64,000 nt of DNA from Eledone cirrhosa (Eukaryota). Positions within the stretch are counted from its first letter, which is position 1, and every line of letters starts with the position of its first letter. Of this stretch, positions 19,431-32,281 are shown piece after piece. The notes under the pieces were generated by a model. The model ran no database searches. It saw nothing but the letters and a program-made list of their open reading frames with translations, and was not told where the DNA came from. A program made the translations under genes and the position numbers. The stretch spans positions 53,258,001 to 53,322,000 of the forward strand of contig OZ024748.1 of assembly GCA_964016885.1 (NCBI GenBank), read 5' to 3'.

Positions 19431-20210
19431 ACGATTGTTTTTCATCAGTTAAATGAAATAAATACGAAAGGAAACAGAATAGAGTTAATTCAATTCCAGT
19501 ACATAAGATATTAAAGACTCTATTTCAAGCTACGCCTGACTGTATTGTTGATATTTTGGCTTTATTTGACGTATCTTCTTCCATTTTTTATGTGTATGTT
19601 ATCATTGGTGTAATTATTAATGTAGTTTTTCATTATCGTTGTCGTTGTCACCAGTTGTCATTGCGATCTTGGGGTAGTGTTTGGTGTCATTAGTGGATGT
19701 GGCGGGAAACAGATATTAGTAATATGATCACTTTCTAAGCTATCATCGTCAACATTGTCGTAGTCGTTGTCCATGATCCAGCGATATTTGTACTTGTGTG
19801 TGTGTGTGTGTGTGTGTGTATGGACGTGTGTGTGTGTGTACGTATATGTATGCAAGTGTGTTGTATACATGTATGTATATCTATGTGTGTGTACGCGTGT
19901 GTGTATGTGTATATGTGTATGTGCACCTGTTGTGTGTGTACGTGTGTATGTATGTATGTGTGGGTGTGTATGTGTGTGTATGTGTATATGTGTGGAGTGT
20001 GTTAGTGTTGATTTACGTGTTTGTGTCAGGTATGGTGGTATATACACCTGCGTTTAGTTAGAAATGCTGTGATATTTTAGAGTTCTCGAAAATGTATGTA
20101 TGAATAATTATAAATATACAGTTATACGCGCACATACATACATATATACACACACATATATATATACATATACACATACACACACATATATATATATATA
20201 TTTATTATTA

Positions 20211-20390
20211 TTGGCAGTATCGGTAGAGGTCGGACGCCATGCTTTGCAGCACAGTTACATCCCTTTACGGACTGAGTTCAAATCCCACCGAGGTTAACTT
20301 TGCCTTTCATCCTTACGGGGTCGATAAAATAAAGTACCAGTAATACCCTCAGATAATTGCTGGCCTTGTGCCAAAACGTAGAAGCAATTA
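20211..20390 (+). mobile_element. SINE family 1
   Basis: A-box, B-box and full body ending gaagcaatta. Confidence 0.9.
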
Positions 20391-20454
20391 TTATTATTAT
20401 AGATTAAGAGTTTAAGCAAATAATTTCCGCTTTCACCCTAGGCAGGATCATCTT

Positions 20455-20487
<33 letters not shown>

Positions 20488-20583
20488 ATATAATGATGAT
20501 TTCTTTATTATAATAATAATAATAATAATAAGTATAGATGTCAAATGTTCGTGTTCGTGTGTGTGTGTATATATATATATATA

Positions 20584-20912
20584 ATTGGAAATTTAGTAAA
20601 ACCGAATCTCTGGCGGTTTGCAAACAAATTCGGCCTACTTATATGAAATGATGAGTTAGCAAAGCACTCGATAAGGTAGGTCCTTAGTGTAATAACATAC
20701 GTTTAAATAGCTTGACAAATCGAACATTGTGGTAGGCAAAATCTAACACACAATAATATACCAAAGTAACGATAGAACTAACAAGTTGAGAAAAATACAC
20801 CTGGACAAATCAAACGATCAATCGTTTAAAGTGTTTCTTTGAATCCGAAATCAATATCAGACTTACGTGACTGGCAAGCTCGTGGTACTCATGATCGAAC
20901 GGAGGATTCAGT
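20584..20912 (-). mobile_element. Penelope-like pLTR/tail fragment (family G)
   Basis: Reverse complement matches 13130-13293; bounded by (TA)n on both sides. Confidence 0.55.
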
Positions 20913-20936
<24 letters not shown>

Positions 20937-20943
<7 letters not shown>

Positions 20944-21431
20944 CGTAGTTAAGAGAGCCACAACAATGCAGAGGGAAATCTCGAGGTAGGAAGTGAAAGA
21001 TAGATAGGAAAAACAGGTGAAAGTGAAAATTGAGAGAGACAAAGATGAAAACAAAACAAAGGTAGAAGGGTTACCGTAGTGGAGATTTAATCCCAATATT
21101 TCGGGCTCACGCCCATCAACGGGGGAAAGTTCCATAACGGCATTCCTGTCTTAACGACATTACAACTTTCTCCGCTTGGCCTGTTCCCCCCCTTTTGGAA
21201 CTTTCCCCCGTTGATGGGCGTGAGCCCGAAATATTGGGATTAAATCTCCACTACGGTAACCCTTCTACCTTTGTTTTGTTTTCATCTTTGTCTCTCTCAA
21301 TTTTCACTTTCACCTGTTTTTTCCTATCTATCTTTCACTTCCTACCTCGAGATTTCGCTCTGCATTGTTGTGGCTTTCTTAACTACGTATTTTACACATT
21401 TCACAATGCTTCAAGCAAACTTTAACACCCT

Positions 21432-21434
<3 letters not shown>
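20937..21434 (+). mobile_element. Fold-back element: ~198-bp inverted arms (20937-21134 / 21196-21394), 61-nt spacer, ~40-nt tail, in (TA)n
   Basis: Arms nearly identical (the same ORF start appears on both strands in the track); each arm has a variant hammerhead. Confidence 0.85.
21204..21239 (+). ncRNA. Variant hammerhead-like motif (CCGTTGA core); mirror copy at 21091-21126 minus
   Basis: tccc CCGTTGA t gggc-gtga-gccc GAAA tatt ggga; stem II capped by a GNRA loop; palindromic AATATT stem III. Confidence 0.5.
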
Positions 21435-21492
<58 letters not shown>

Positions 21493-21496
<4 letters not shown>

Positions 21497-21656
21497 GTAG
21501 AACACTGGAAGATAATATCCGTAGTGGTAGTGCACTCAGTCCATGGGACGAGTTAGGTAGAAGTGGTTACACAACAGTTAGTTCACCATATCGAGAACAA
21601 TTGTTTCACCTTAGCGGATCCTCAGCTCGACATGTCCATTACGAGCTGAGGATCCG
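21493..21656 (-). mobile_element. Fold-back element family C, cut off by the gap
   Basis: cggatcctcagctcg-12nt-cgagctgaggatccg hairpin; tail stem actc-a-gtcc-atg-ggac-gagt at 21534-21553. Confidence 0.75.
21591..21630 (-). ncRNA. Type I minimal hammerhead ribozyme motif (family C)
   Basis: tcgag CTGAGGA t-cc-gctaa-gg-t GAAAC aatt GTT ctcga; palindromic AACAATTGTT stem III. Confidence 0.8.
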
Positions 21657-21856
21657 NNNNNNNNNNNNNNNNNNNNNNNNNNNNNNNNNNNNNNNNNNNN
21701 NNNNNNNNNNNNNNNNNNNNNNNNNNNNNNNNNNNNNNNNNNNNNNNNNNNNNNNNNNNNNNNNNNNNNNNNNNNNNNNNNNNNNNNNNNNNNNNNNNNN
21801 NNNNNNNNNNNNNNNNNNNNNNNNNNNNNNNNNNNNNNNNNNNNNNNNNNNNNNNN
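21657..21856. other. Assembly gap (200 N)
   Basis: Run of n. Confidence 0.99.
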
Positions 21857-22072
<216 letters not shown>

Positions 22073-22167
22073 CAGTATATATATTAAGAAGGACGCTAGT
22101 AGTAGAAGTATTTGGTAAAGTTAGAGTGAGGTAGAGTGGGAAACCGAGACTGCACCAATATATATAT

Positions 22168-22280
22168 ATGTGGCTGATTGGTTAGAGAACTGGATTCGCA
22201 ATCAAGGGTTGCCAGTTCGACTCCTGGACCGTGCGATGCGTTATGTCCTTCAGCAAGACACTTTATTTCACGTTGCTCGG
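22168..22280 (+). mobile_element. tRNA-derived SINE family 2, head
   Basis: tggctgattggttagag...agttcgactcc...tgtccttcagcaagacactttatttcacgttgctc. Confidence 0.75.
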
Positions 22281-22486
22281 TCTACCTGGAGTTGCGACCG
22301 ATAGATAGTATTAGCAATTGGAAAGACCAATGGAAACATTGTTTCCTCGGTCCGGTTTGGCGAAAGTCGATCGACATATATACACATTAAGAAGTGCGCT
22401 AGCAGCAGAAGTATATGATGAAGTCATATCTATATAAATACAGAGTGAGAAACCGAGACTGCACCAATATATATATATATATATAT

Positions 22487-22674
22487 AATTGTTTCTACAT
22501 TTGGCACAAGGCCAGCAATTACCCAGTGCATTACTGGTACTTTATTTTATCGACCCCCATAAGGATGAAAGGCAAAGTTAACCTCGGCGGGATTTGAACT
22601 CAGTCCGTAAAGGGACGTAACTGTGCTGCAAAGCATGGCGTCCGACCCTCTCCCGATACTGCCAATTCACCACC
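22487..22674 (-). mobile_element. SINE family 1, young copy
   Basis: Near-consensus full-length copy. Confidence 0.92.
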
Positions 22675-23338
22675 CTTCACCTATATATATATATATATAT
22701 TCACCTATACATATATATATTCACCTATATATATATATATTTACCTATATATATATATATTTACCTATATATATATATATTTACCTATATATATATATAT
22801 TTACCTATATATATATATATTTACCTATATATATATATATTTACCTATATATATATATATTCACCTATATATATATATATTCACCTATATATATATATTC
22901 ACCTATATATATATATTCACCTATATATATATTCACCTATATATATATATTCACCTATATATATATATTCACCTATATATATATATATTCACCTATATAT
23001 ATATATATTCACCTATATATATATATTCACCTATATATATATTCACCTATATATATATATATTCCCCTATATATATATATATATATATTCACCTATATAT
23101 ATATATATATATATACACCTATATATATATATATATATATATTCACCTATATATATATTCACCTATATATATATACACCTATATCTATATATACACCTAT
23201 ATATATATATACACCTATATATATATATTCACCTATATATATATATATTCACCTATATATATATATTCACCTATATATATATATATTTACCTATATATAT
23301 ATATATTCACCTATATATATATATATTCACCTATATAT
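22675..23338. repeat. Compound satellite tt(c/t)acc(TA)n; second block at 24504-25060
   Basis: Constant ttcacc/ttacc spacer with variable-length TA runs. Confidence 0.9.
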
Positions 23339-23478
23339 GAAAAGTGTAATTTTCTACACAAAACGAAGGTTATAGAGAAAATTGAGGTTGGTAATGGCAC
23401 ATGGAATATATAAGAGACAGAATACTTTTTTGTGAAAAAACATAATTTTATAAGGTAAGGAAATAATAAAGGGTATAA

Positions 23479-23526
23479 AAAATGACCGGTTTCGATGGGT
23501 CTGCAAAAGCCATCTTTTCAAATGTT
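23479..23526 (-). ncRNA. Type I hammerhead motif with U3:A8 covariation
   Basis: aacat TTGAAAA gatgg-cttttgcagac-ccatc GAAAC cg GTC atttt; perfect 5-bp stem II, palindromic ACCGGT. Confidence 0.65.
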
Positions 23527-23798
23527 GATTAATATTAAGAAAAATTAATAATACGAAGAGTTAAAATTTGAGACTTGAAAATTCAAGTATAAAATTCATT
23601 GTGGGATTTCATAGCAGTTTTCATCTAGGTAGCAACAACAGGTTGACTGCTGTGTCCCTTTCTGGTAGTGAATGAGAAGTTATTTGGGGTGTGGGTTATT
23701 TTATAAAGGTCAGATTTAGCAATAGCCAGCTGCTGGTCAGTGAGGGGGTGGAAGCAATATACACACACATACCTTCATCCACACATACATACACATAC

Positions 23799-23839
<41 letters not shown>

Positions 23840-23904
23840 CACACATACATACACACACACATACATATACATACACACATACACACACACATATATATAC
23901 ACAT

Positions 23905-23957
<53 letters not shown>

Positions 23958-23988
23958 TACATATACATACACATACATCCAGATACAC

Positions 23989-24104
<116 letters not shown>

Positions 24105-24154
24105 ACACATACATACACACACACATATATATATACATACACACATACAAACAT

Positions 24155-24185
<31 letters not shown>

Positions 24186-25062
24186 CACACATACACACAC
24201 ATATATATACACACACACACACACACATGCATATATATATATATATATATACACATACGCATACATCCAGATACCCACATACATACACACACACACACAC
24301 ACACGCACACACAATACATACATCCACATGCACACACATACTCACACACACACACACACACATACATACACCCACACACAGAGAAATGGCCTTCAAATAT
24401 ATATATATATATATATACATACAGACACATATATTTTTTCCATAATATAAGAAGTTGGGGCAGTGAAATTAAAATAATTCTGTGTGCGCATATATATATA
24501 GATATTCACCTATATATATATATATTTACCTATATATATATATTTACCTATATATATATATATTTACCTATATATATATATATTTACCTATTTATATATA
24601 TTCACCTATTTATATATATTCACCTATTTATATATATTTACCTATATATATATATATATATTTACCTATATATATATATATTTACCTATATATATATATA
24701 TATATATTTACCTATATATATATATATTTACCTATTTATATATATTCACCTATTTATATATATTCACCTATTTATATATATTCACCTATTTATATATATT
24801 TACCTATATATATATATATATATTTACCTATATATATATATATTTACCTATATATATATATATATATATTTACCTATATATATATATATATTTACCTATT
24901 TATATATATTCACCTATTTATATATATTCACCTATTTATATATATTTACCTATATATATATATATATATTTACCTATATATATATATATTTACCTATATA
25001 TATATATTCACCTATATATATATATTTACCTATATATATATATTCACCTATATATATATATG

Positions 25063-25535
25063 TAATATAATTGAATATATGAGAGAGATGACCACAGATA
25101 TAAGTATACATGTGTTCCAACTGCAAAGGACCAAGTTAACTAGGTTGAAAAAAATACTAACTTAATTGTTTCTACTTTTGTTTCTTCTTTTGGCACATTA
25201 CTGGTACTTTATTTATCGACCCCGTAATCATTGAAGGCAAAGTTAACCTCGGCGGGATTTGAACTCAAACCGTAAAGGGACGCAATTATGCTAGAAAGCA
25301 ATACTAACTTAATACAATATGGCTTGCCTGACTCGATTTAAAGTAATAAATCAATAAAAATAACGAACCTATATCGGGCAAAACTTGGTCCTTTGCAGTT
25401 GGAACACATGTATACTTATATCTCTGTTCATCTCTCTCATATATTCAATTATATTATGTTACACGGCTCGGAAAAAGTTTCTTTCTTTGAGCTATTTAAT
25501 TGTAAAAGACTATTTTGAGTTTCTAACTCAATGCA

Positions 25536-25537
<2 letters not shown>
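25063..25537 (+). mobile_element. Fold-back element family H (75-bp arms 25063-25137 / 25382-25456) with a SINE inserted in the spacer
   Basis: Arms reverse-complementary with 2 mismatches; tail stem GCTC(25466)...GAGC(25492); bounded by (TA)n. Confidence 0.8.
25167..25299 (-). mobile_element. Truncated SINE family 1 with 14-bp TSD
   Basis: aatactaacttaat at 25153-25166 and 25300-25313. Confidence 0.88.
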
Positions 25538-25607
<70 letters not shown>

Positions 25608-25938
25608 ATATATATTAATAAAAGGAATTCCCACTTTGTATGATTTACTCGTTTTATTTACAATCCTTTAAAATTATAATGGTATTAGTATGAAATAGTA
25701 TGGTTGAATATTAAATGTTAAGTGTTAATTGAACAAGTACTTTCATGCTTTCGCAATCTTCAGGTTCATATTCTGTGGTGACAGTCAAGTTTGCAATTTT
25801 CAACTGTAATGACATGGGTAAATTTTGTGTCTTTATATACAGTGAAAAGCGGCTACAGAATGCTAAGTTTTGCAAACAGTATTTCGACCAATCGGTGTGT
25901 AGTTTCACTGGATTACTAAAGCTGATTGGTTTAGGCGT

Positions 25939-25992
<54 letters not shown>

Positions 25993-26433
25993 GTGTGTGT
26001 GTGTGCGTGTGTGTGCGTATTGGTGCAAGACAAAGCTTGATTTTCGGAAATACTTATGGGAGAAAGAGAGATATAGAGACAGACATAAAGAGAGAGAAGG
26101 AGAGAGAGACAGAGAGGGGGGGGGAGAAAAAGAGATATAGACTGACATAGAGAGAGACAGAGAGGGGGAGAAAGAAAGAGAGATATAGACAGATATATAT
26201 ATAGAGAGAGAGGGAGTGATGAGATGTTACTAGTTAACACCAGTAAGACCATTATACAACTTAGTACTCCCTACTTAAGGAAAGTAAAATTTCGGTATTA
26301 TTTTAGGGATTTTTGCCAGCTAAGCATAAACAGTTTCTATATATATAGTTCTGCCTCCAACCCTCCCTTCTTATATGGTTTTATTCTTCCTCTCCTCGTA
26401 TCTCTCTCTCTCTCTCTCTCTCTCCCTCTCTCC

Positions 26434-26481
<48 letters not shown>

Positions 26482-26497
26482 CGATCTGGTACCTTTA

Positions 26498-26725
26498 AGA
26501 GTATCGTAGTCATGTGACAACCCCCAGAGTATCGTAGTCACGTTATTGTCACGTGACAACTCCCAGAATATCGTAGTCACGTACTTATCTCACGACAATT
26601 CCCAGAGTATCGCAGCCCCATCATTGTGACGTAATCACGTCCTTGTCGCGTGACTGCTCTCAGAGAACCGTAATCACGTCCTTGTCACGTCTCAGTTCCT
26701 AGATTATCATAATCACGGTTTCGTC
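26498..26725. repeat. Degenerate ~39-bp tandem repeat (agagtatcgtagtcacg...gtcacgtgacaactccc)
   Basis: About 5-6 diverged units. Confidence 0.65.
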
Positions 26726-26854
26726 ACACAGCGGGTTTTATACGTGTTTCCGCCATTTATATGGAGATTTCATATAAAATTCTGTTACACAATTCCCCCT
26801 CCCCGCCAAATACAAGTAACTTCTATCTAAAGATATATTCTTCCTTCACTGAAA

Positions 26855-27500
26855 ATGATGTTGATTACAAAGTCTGCAGTTGATAACAGCCTCTTGTTTC
26901 ATCATATTAGGCATTGATCTTGTACAGCTAAAATCAGATCTTCCATATTTAGAGATTTACAGATATTGTTGGCGTATATCTGGACTAACTTCCTTTTCAT
27001 ACAGTCTTTCACGATACTGGCCATCTACAGATTTTCTCTCTCTCCATGCTTTTGTTCTTTAGTATTTTGAAGATTTCCACTTTTATTTTATATACCTTAT
27101 ATTTTATGTATTATTTTATTGTTTAGTTTTTATCGTGAACTCTCTTCGGTGTACTTTGTTTTTAGTTCTTTATATAGAGATATTTATTTTCTGTTGTTCT
27201 TATTTTCTGAATTCTTTTTTTAATATTCCTTTGCATTAATCAGTTTTTTTGTTTGTTTTACTTGTTTCTATGTACTTTTCTTGACAAACCGAGACTATAT
27301 ATTTTGTTTAATAGTTTTCTATTTGTATCAGACATTTTACTTTACCTGCACCAAGTAATTATCTCATATCTATATAAGCTTTATAACAGTAGGTTCCGAA
27401 TGCAGTGGGATGTGTTCGGTTTTTCCCTATTAAGGCTTATTAGTTACCTTACCTTCAATTTTACTCTACTGAAGCTGTGGTTAGGAACTCAATAGCTTTC
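26855..27500 (-). pseudogene. Highly decayed R4/Dong-like (RLE) LINE fragment
   Basis: Minus-strand peptides across frameshifts: KAWRE.KSVDGQY, MEDLILAVQDQCL, NCRLC; these match the W..K..HGQ / E..I.A.QDQ.L / CR.C pattern of R4-clade ORFs. Confidence 0.55.
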
Positions 27501-27544
27501 ATAGAATAATAATATACTCTGTCAAATATACTTCTTTTAGTTTC

Positions 27545-27826
27545 AATTGCCTTATTAAAGGGGACAGACAAGGAAGAAAAAGGAAAGGAATGAGGGATCA
27601 AGCAATCAAGCAGCGAAAGAAAGGGAGAGGGGGAGGGGCAGTCACTACACCCCAGTCTGAGCGGTGCCTCAGCCGTGGCCCACGGAGAATGACCAGAGAT
27701 ACCCGCTGCAACAGCCACCCCATCTCGCGGGACTTACTCCCCAAGTGGGCCACCGTCATTTCAACTTTACTGAAGAAATCAGCAGTGCGGGAACCAAGGA
27801 CGTCAGAGATCTCGACTAAGATAACT
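27545..27826 (-). pseudogene. CRE-like LINE 3' end (RLE C-terminus)
   Basis: LVEISDVLGSRTADFFSKV...SREMGWLLQRVSLVILRG matches the ET.G..G..A..F...RE...L.QR.S....RG motif. Confidence 0.6.
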
Positions 27827-28851
27827 ATTTTTTTCTTTTTAACATAAAGTTCGGGTGTTATATTATTTATCTGACGCATTTAGACTAATGTGTGTGATTA
27901 AACATGGCAGTTAAATAAGAAATCTCTGTTTCATTTCAGTCTTTAATTGTTAAAAATCAAAGATCAAAATAGACTGCCTTTGAATAATTACGAAACAGAC
28001 GTCCATATATAATCTCACATGAAACACAAATTAAAAAGAGCCAATCTGGATATACAAAGATGGAATAGAATTTTGACAAAGTAAAATAATATTTTAGTGG
28101 ATTGGTTCCATTCGGATCAGTTGGAGGTGATTGCTTCTGACAGGACCCGCTGGAGAGAGTGTTTGAGGACTCTGTCCCCACGACCTTCTCAGGAAGAGTT
28201 CAAGGACATTTGGAAGTGGGTGGTTTCCATAGAGAAAATAGATTTTTTTAATGAGTTCTTGCAATTGTTTCGTTAAGCTCTGGTTTTGCTGACTTATCAA
28301 AAAATGTCCAACCATGACTAACTCGTATATTTTCTATAGTATATATCGGATCACGCTATTCAATGTTTCTTTCATTGTTTTACGACGGCAGGGTGTAACT
28401 CGAGAGGAATTTAGCTGTTATTTCTATTTCTTAGAAACTCCTTTTTAACTCGTTTTCGAAAGAGTAGTTACGAGAGGTTACTCTTACTACTACAACTACT
28501 ACTATTCTTCTTTATCTTTTTCGTCTTTTTCTTTTTCTTCTTCTTCTTCTTTTTCTTCTTTTTCATCTTTTTCTTTTCTTTTTATTTTTATTTTTCTCTT
28601 TCATTTTTTTTTATTCTAAAGAAATCAGCTGTGTTCAGACTTGACGAGGGGATGAGCCCCGCCAGGTTTAAACTGTTCAAGACACAGTCTGTCTGTCATT
28701 GTGGCACTCCTTCATATCACACTTTATAATTGTTGTGTTTTACTCTGGACGATAATGTTGGGGACTTGCCTATGGCCAGCAATGTCATACATCGCAAACA
28801 ATGTCACATATCAAGCGATGCCTGTGCTTGAAGCTTTATTTACATACATAC

Positions 28852-28895
<44 letters not shown>

Positions 28896-29116
28896 CATAC
28901 ACACATACATACATACATATATACATACACACATACATACATATATACATATATATACATACATACATACATACATACAGACTCACCCTCATAAATTATA
29001 TATATATATAATCAATGAAAAAAGAATTAGTTGATGTGTGATCAACTCGTTCTTATATATAACAGATACCAAGCACTCAACGGTATAAAATTATCCGGAG
29101 TATTATTAATATAATA

Positions 29117-29217
29117 GCCGAGGTTAACTTTGCCTTCATCCTTACGGGGTCGATAAAATAAAGTACCAGTAATACACTGGTTAATTGCTGGCCTTGTGCC
29201 AAAAGTAGAAACAATTA
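29117..29217 (+). mobile_element. SINE family 1, 3' half
   Basis: gccgaggttaactttgcc...ccaaaagtagaaacaatta. Confidence 0.85.
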
Positions 29218-29830
29218 TTATAATAATAGTAATAAACGAAAGATATATACTTTATATCATCTCTATTTATTTCATTATATATATTTCGAAGATTATGTAT
29301 ATATATAATAAACGAAAGATAGTTACTTTAGATCATCTCTATTTTATTATACATATTTCGAAGGTGCAAGTCTTATGTATAACATAATCCAAAACATGTT
29401 CTCGTCAGACAAAATATATAGGAGATACAGAATTTCTTTGATATACTGGTGGTCAAACGATCCGGACAGATCGGTGACAACCAAGTATATGATTAGAAGA
29501 AAACCCCAACCCAGGAGATGTTACACGAGTGGGAGAAAAATACAGTGAGACTCAACGTTTTTGAAATTATTAAAAATATGACGTAATTAGATTGGTCAAA
29601 AAAATAAATAAATATAGACCGTTAGTCATTTTATATGTTACTTATATTAGCTTAAAATAGATATTATACTAAAAAATGAGATATATTATACCAAAGAAAA
29701 ATATTTTAGGATGCAAGAATCATATTGAAACTAAATAATAAAGAAGAAAAATTAGGATTATAAAAATTCAAAGGTAAATTATCCGTGTTTATGTATAATT
29801 TATATTGGCATTATATGAGTGGAAAGATAT

Positions 29831-30017
29831 GGGCGGTGGATTGGCAGTATCGGTAGAGGGTCGGACGCCATGCTATCCAGCATAGTTACGGCCCTTTACG
29901 ATCTGAGTTCAAATCCCGCCGAGGTTGACTTTGCCTTTCATCCTTACGGGGTCGATAAAATAAAAGTACCAGTAATGCACTGGGTAATTGCTGGCCTTGT
30001 GCCAAAAGTAGAAACAA
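29831..30017 (+). mobile_element. SINE family 1, full length, with 20-bp TSD
   Basis: ttatatgagtggaaagatat at 29811-29830 and 30018-30037. Confidence 0.95.
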
Positions 30018-30032
30018 TTATATGAGTGGAAA

Positions 30033-30148
30033 GATATTTATCAATTGGTATGGCTTTCTTTATATAACTGATATTTATCAATTGGTATGGCTTTCTTTAT
30101 ATAACTGATATTTATCAATTGGTATGGCTTTCTTTATATAACTGATAT
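30033..30148. repeat. Perfect 37-bp tandem repeat x3
   Basis: gatatttatcaattggtatggctttctttatataact starts at 30033, 30070 and 30107. Confidence 0.95.
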
Positions 30149-30479
30149 GGTTATAATGCTATGAGATAAATTATTTTTCTTTTCAACAATTATATTTAAG
30201 TAGGTATTATACGAATAGAGGAAAATATTAACTATTGACTTAACTATTACTATAAGAAAAGATGTATGTATTATAGCCTAGTTTATCAATATATATTAAA
30301 TTTAATTTACTTATATATCAAATATATATAAGGTAGATGAAAAAGTTATAATGAAAAAAAAATAGTTTACTTATTTAGTCTATTCGTCTTTATTTTCTAT
30401 TTATACAATAAAATCGCTTTAAAATTATATAATGACATATTGCTTATTTAATTACTTTTATTTATTTATTTTATTAAGT

Positions 30480-30776
30480 TTAACCAAAAACTATATGAAA
30501 GGTTTTCCAAAACCTGTGAAGACAAGAGCTAAAGATTTCAGATCGTGTATTAATAATTAATTGCCTATTATAAATCATATGTTGAATTTCAGTGATACAG
30601 AGGCCACATCTTTTAGATACGGCAGCATTTTTATAAGGCAAAGCATTTGAAAGTTTCAACCAAGAAAGGAAATATTCGATATTATTATTTTTATGTGACC
30701 AAATCAATTCAGAGAGGGCCGTACTAAATCTTTTATCTTCTCTTTTAAACGAGTGGCGATGGTTGTACCATCATTG
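30480..30776 (-). pseudogene. Penelope-like element ORF C-terminus (end of the GIY-YIG endonuclease region)
   Basis: WYNHRHSFKRE...STALSELIWSHK...Y..SW....ALPY....KRCGLCITE......IINTRSEIFSSCLH; matches the YNH..SF / T.LS..IW / RC.LC..E / N.RSE..S.C.H motifs of PLE endonucleases; upstream stop. Confidence 0.8.
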
Positions 30777-30993
30777 AGTACCTTTTTTTTTTACTGTGGC
30801 TACCACCCGACACAACTAGAGAATCTACATATTATATATATAGTCAAGAATTTAGATCGATTTAATGCCAGACAAACAAAAGACAATGCAATTTTCCAAT
30901 CTTACTTCCCACAAACTGCTCAAAGGAATTTATGCCACGTGGGTAGATAATTCACTTCGGAGCATACCATAGTGATTCCTTCATAGGAACATA

Positions 30994-31027
<34 letters not shown>

Positions 31028-31102
31028 CATATGTTATTTTACCTCAACCTCACTTTCATTATTAATAGATATCAATTTCAAAACTTTTATCCAAAACATA
31101 AA

Positions 31103-31176
31103 TATTTCATCTGATGATCGGACTAGACATTACTGTAAGGATCGTCTAGTTTCTTGAAACCTTTGGTAATGGAATA
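31103..31176 (+). ncRNA. Type I hammerhead ribozyme motif (family F)
   Basis: tatttcat CTGATGA tcg-gactagac...gtctagtt-tctt GAAAC c-ttt-g GTA atggaata; 8-bp stem I with one G:U; followed by tail stem GCTC(31210)...GAGC(31230). Confidence 0.78.
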
Positions 31177-31356
31177 ATTATATTGTGTTGTTTATTATGT
31201 AATTAAATAGCTCTGTACTATACATAGAGCACTCTGCTTTCCTTTACCTTTTCTACGGAAATACTTAACGCATAAAACACACACACACACACACATATAT
31301 ATATTTCTGTCTACATCTCCCGGCCTAGTTTCTCTTGATTTTTTCCTAGTACCATA

Positions 31357-31405
<49 letters not shown>

Positions 31406-31443
31406 ATTTATAGTACCATACTTATATATATATATTTATATAT

Positions 31444-31644
31444 AGGAACAAGTAAGACCCCGACGGCTGAGCTCAAGCCGTTTCGACGGCTAATTATGTA
31501 CTAATGAGTACAGAATTAGCCGTCGAAACGGCTTGAGCTCAGCCGTCGGGGTCTTACTTGTTCATATTACCCACTCTACTACCCTAAGTATTGAGTACTT
31601 TGGTGCGTTATGGTCCACCTGGTTCCGTACCACATTTCCTTCGT
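31444..31644 (+). mobile_element. Fold-back element family A, copy 1
   Basis: ~57-bp arms around loop aatg; right arm has GAAAC ggct-tgagctc-agcc GTC (hammerhead 3' half); ~80-nt tail with ACTC(31573)...GAGT(31596); in (TA)n. Confidence 0.88.
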
Positions 31645-31714
31645 TATATTTATATATATATATATTTATATATATATATATTTATATATATATATATTTA
31701 TATATATATATATT

Positions 31715-31788
<74 letters not shown>

Positions 31789-32050
31789 CACACACTTTTC
31801 AATACCTTAAACCACTCTGTATACCGTCTATGTGGGCGATATAGTTGTCATAATAGAACACACCGGAAGACGTCAAGCAATATAAGAAGCCTTAGAAAGC
31901 AAATATACCAACTATATGAAAAACTACTGACAATGTGATGCATTTTCAGACACTCATTCAGAGAAAGTAATAAATACATAAGGTTTTGTCTGCATCAAAG
32001 ATAAAAATAAATACCTATAATTACGACATATCGAATGTCCACACAAATAA

Positions 32051-32102
<52 letters not shown>

Positions 32103-32245
32103 AACAGAAATAACAACACAATCGGTACAATATATGGAAGGTTATATGTATATTGTGTGTAAAAAGTAAACAGAAATAACACCACCATCGATAGTGTATA
32201 TGGAAGCAATATATTAGTTTAACACTTGAAATAGCAGGAAGAAAG

Positions 32246-32281
32246 TCTTAGCGTTTCGGATGCTAGTCCTTCATCAGAAGA
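32246..32281 (-). ncRNA. Degenerate minimal hammerhead (same family as 41961)
   Basis: tctt CTGATGA a-gga-ctagca-tcc GAAAC GCT aaga; cleavage triplet mutated. Confidence 0.55.

Noticed and set aside
28094-28315. Possible CR1-like 3' remnant or exon
   Set aside because: No motif matched convincingly in the frames I examined
28636-28695. cagac-TTGACGA-gggg..cccc hammerhead-like motif
   Set aside because: GAAA box is absent; at most a relic
31444-31563. Reading the hairpins as rho-independent terminators, pre-miRNAs or TIR MITEs
   Set aside because: Asymmetric tails, variable centres, (TA)n flanks and hammerhead motifs fit retroelement fold-backs better; there is no expression evidence for a miRNA
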